This document shows positions 62,168 to 64,000 of a stretch of 64,000 nt of DNA, piece after piece. Made by a program: the position numbers and the translations under genes. Within the stretch, counting starts at the first letter, position 1; every line of letters starts with the position of its first letter. Source of the DNA: Flaccisagitta enflata (Eukaryota). The notes below the pieces were generated by a model that was given only the letters and a program-made list of their open reading frames with translations, was not told where the DNA came from and did no database searches. The DNA lies in assembly GCA_965153355.1 (NCBI GenBank), contig OZ231126.1:43462001-43526000 (forward strand). Direction: 5' to 3'.

Positions 62168-62812
62168 ATTATGTCATGCTGAAACCGATGTTCGCAACAT
62201 TTACAAATAAGATGATCACGATGAGAAAAAAAAATCTATTATATCTAGAAACCTCTTGGGAAGGAAAATGGTTATGAGGGCTGAAAGATGTTGATCATAA
62301 AGCTGATAGTATAAAGTAACCATCGCACTGGCAATCTTGCAGGAAAAAAAGCTTATTTGCAGTTGATGATGGTGGCTACACAGCACTAATGATGATGATC
62401 TTTGGTGGTAGTTTTCCTAGGATGAAAGCCTAATCGACTTCGCTCCGTGAACATTGATTGAAGACTAACGCGTAAACTTGCTGACTTTGCTGTATGGGTT
62501 GTCAGAATGTGTATTTCCTCGTCGCGTACACAAGATCCTATAGGTTAAGTCGAGCAGGCTATTTGATGGTAAACTTTTTGCCTTGTCGATATGTTAGTAA
62601 CTTCACTTCTGTTTCAATCGCCGTCCGTCGGTCCGTTGGTCTGTCGGTCCGTCGGTCGCTCGGTCCAAAACTAATTGCTTTTTCGGGCCTTTTGGGTCTT
62701 TGAGAGCAGTCTTTGAAAACTGCCCCTGCCCAATGACCAAAATGGCTTCTTCACGATTCAATGCTCAACCGCACCGATTTTGTTTACCCACACATGAGAC
62801 ATGAGACATGAG

Positions 62813-63155
62813 ACTTTTTTTTATAAGAACGTCATTTTTTGAGCAAGCCTTCAATGTTCTAAATTTTTGGGCAGTTTCAACGCTTGAACGTTCTTAAATT
62901 GTTCTTAATTTAAACTCATTTTTTAACCTTCAATTAAGAACGTTCTTAAATAGTTTTAAGTATGTCATTAAGGAGAAAATGAAGGAAAATGTCAATGAAA
63001 CAACAATGTACCAGATTTAAACATTTTAAGTGAATTAAAATCAATAAAAGTAGAAATAAAATATGCTATAAAATGTTTTTAGAATGTTCCTAAATTTTTG
63101 ACGACTTGAAGCCTAACGTTCTTATAAACTTGGTTCTTATAAAGAGAAAAAGAGA
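62813..63155 (-). mobile_element. Internally deleted inverted copy of the MITE that interrupts pPolB
   Basis: Reverse complement of 9653-10149 (TATAAGAACGTCATTTTTTGAGCAAGCCTTCAATG ... TTATAAACTTGGTTCTTATAAA). Confidence 0.9.
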
Positions 63156-64000
63156 ATAGCTTCATATCCGGCCTTGCTTCAAATCAAACGAATTTGAAAT
63201 ATTTGGATTTTTTTAAATTCCGCTTCTGCCCTCTTATCTCTTTTTTTTTTAAATTGGACTTTTCTCTAATTTAGGCAAATGTTTTCGTTTTTTTTTTTCT
63301 GCCATTCTCTACTTTTTGCTGAAAGGATAAATTCCTAAGCACTTTTTTCCTTTTATTTTCACCATTTACTTTGTCTAGATGGCGTTAGCAGATGGTGAGA
63401 GGAAACAAGGCCGGATACACGGCTACCCCAGTCGCGTGCGGGTGGGCAGGGGCCGTATTTGAGGTCACTTGATCACTTGGGCTGGAGCAGTGAGGCCAAA
63501 GAATGCAAAAACCCAAAAAAAGTAAAGTGTGACGGACGGACAGACCGATGGACGGACGGACGGACCGACGGACGGACCGACAAAGCGGGGTATAGAGTCG
63601 CGTAGCACGCGACTAAAAAGAATCGTGTTCATGTTAGTACAACGGGTACATCCCGTCAGACTGTTAAATTGTGTCGTGGGCTGGGTTGAAAGGCATCTGC
63701 AAAATGGAATGATTTTCTAAAGCTCAGACAAAAATATTGCATTTTTAATTCATTTTGTTTAATGGCAAGCGTTAATTTAGTTTTTTTTATTGAGTTTCAA
63801 AAAAATTCTTAACTGAATAAACATCTTTTTGAACAATTAGCTTGAATATCTGTTTAAATGATGAGAAGTTATCTACCACGCTTTGCGCCAGCAGCAATTT
63901 AGTTGGTTCAAATTGTCTGCCAATGGCAAATGATTATGTATGATGCGATTTGTAAGCCGATTTTCTCCCTTCTCAGAAAGCCATAAGAGATAAAAAGAGA

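Overview
Repeat-rich animal (invertebrate-like) nuclear DNA in two parts. (1) About 1-24.1 kb is a block of co-oriented (+ strand), intron-containing genes around a protein-primed family-B DNA polymerase of Polinton/Maverick-adintovirus type. The block holds a zinc-finger/poly-Q/poly-D ORF, the pPolB (apparently with its own spliceosomal intron), an unknown multi-exon gene and an about 890-aa type I membrane glycoprotein. All four are broken by transposon insertions in exons, stops or 1-nt frameshifts, and removing the insertions restores the reading frames. I could not recognise integrase, packaging ATPase, maturation protease or capsid genes in the window. My inference is a decaying, endogenised, spliced pPolB virus-like element that may extend left of base 1. 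(2) About 25-64 kb is host DNA: a TMIE-like gene, a PP1 catalytic subunit (first coding exon not found), a low-complexity minus-strand gene, two tandem diverged SmG paralogs, NDUFV2 (last-exon acceptor present four times) and a plexin Sema exon. Helentron-like (HINE) repeats, hAT/Mutator/Tc1-type MITEs, a tRNA-derived SINE and microsatellites are scattered throughout. All gene models and family calls were made by eye, without database searches.
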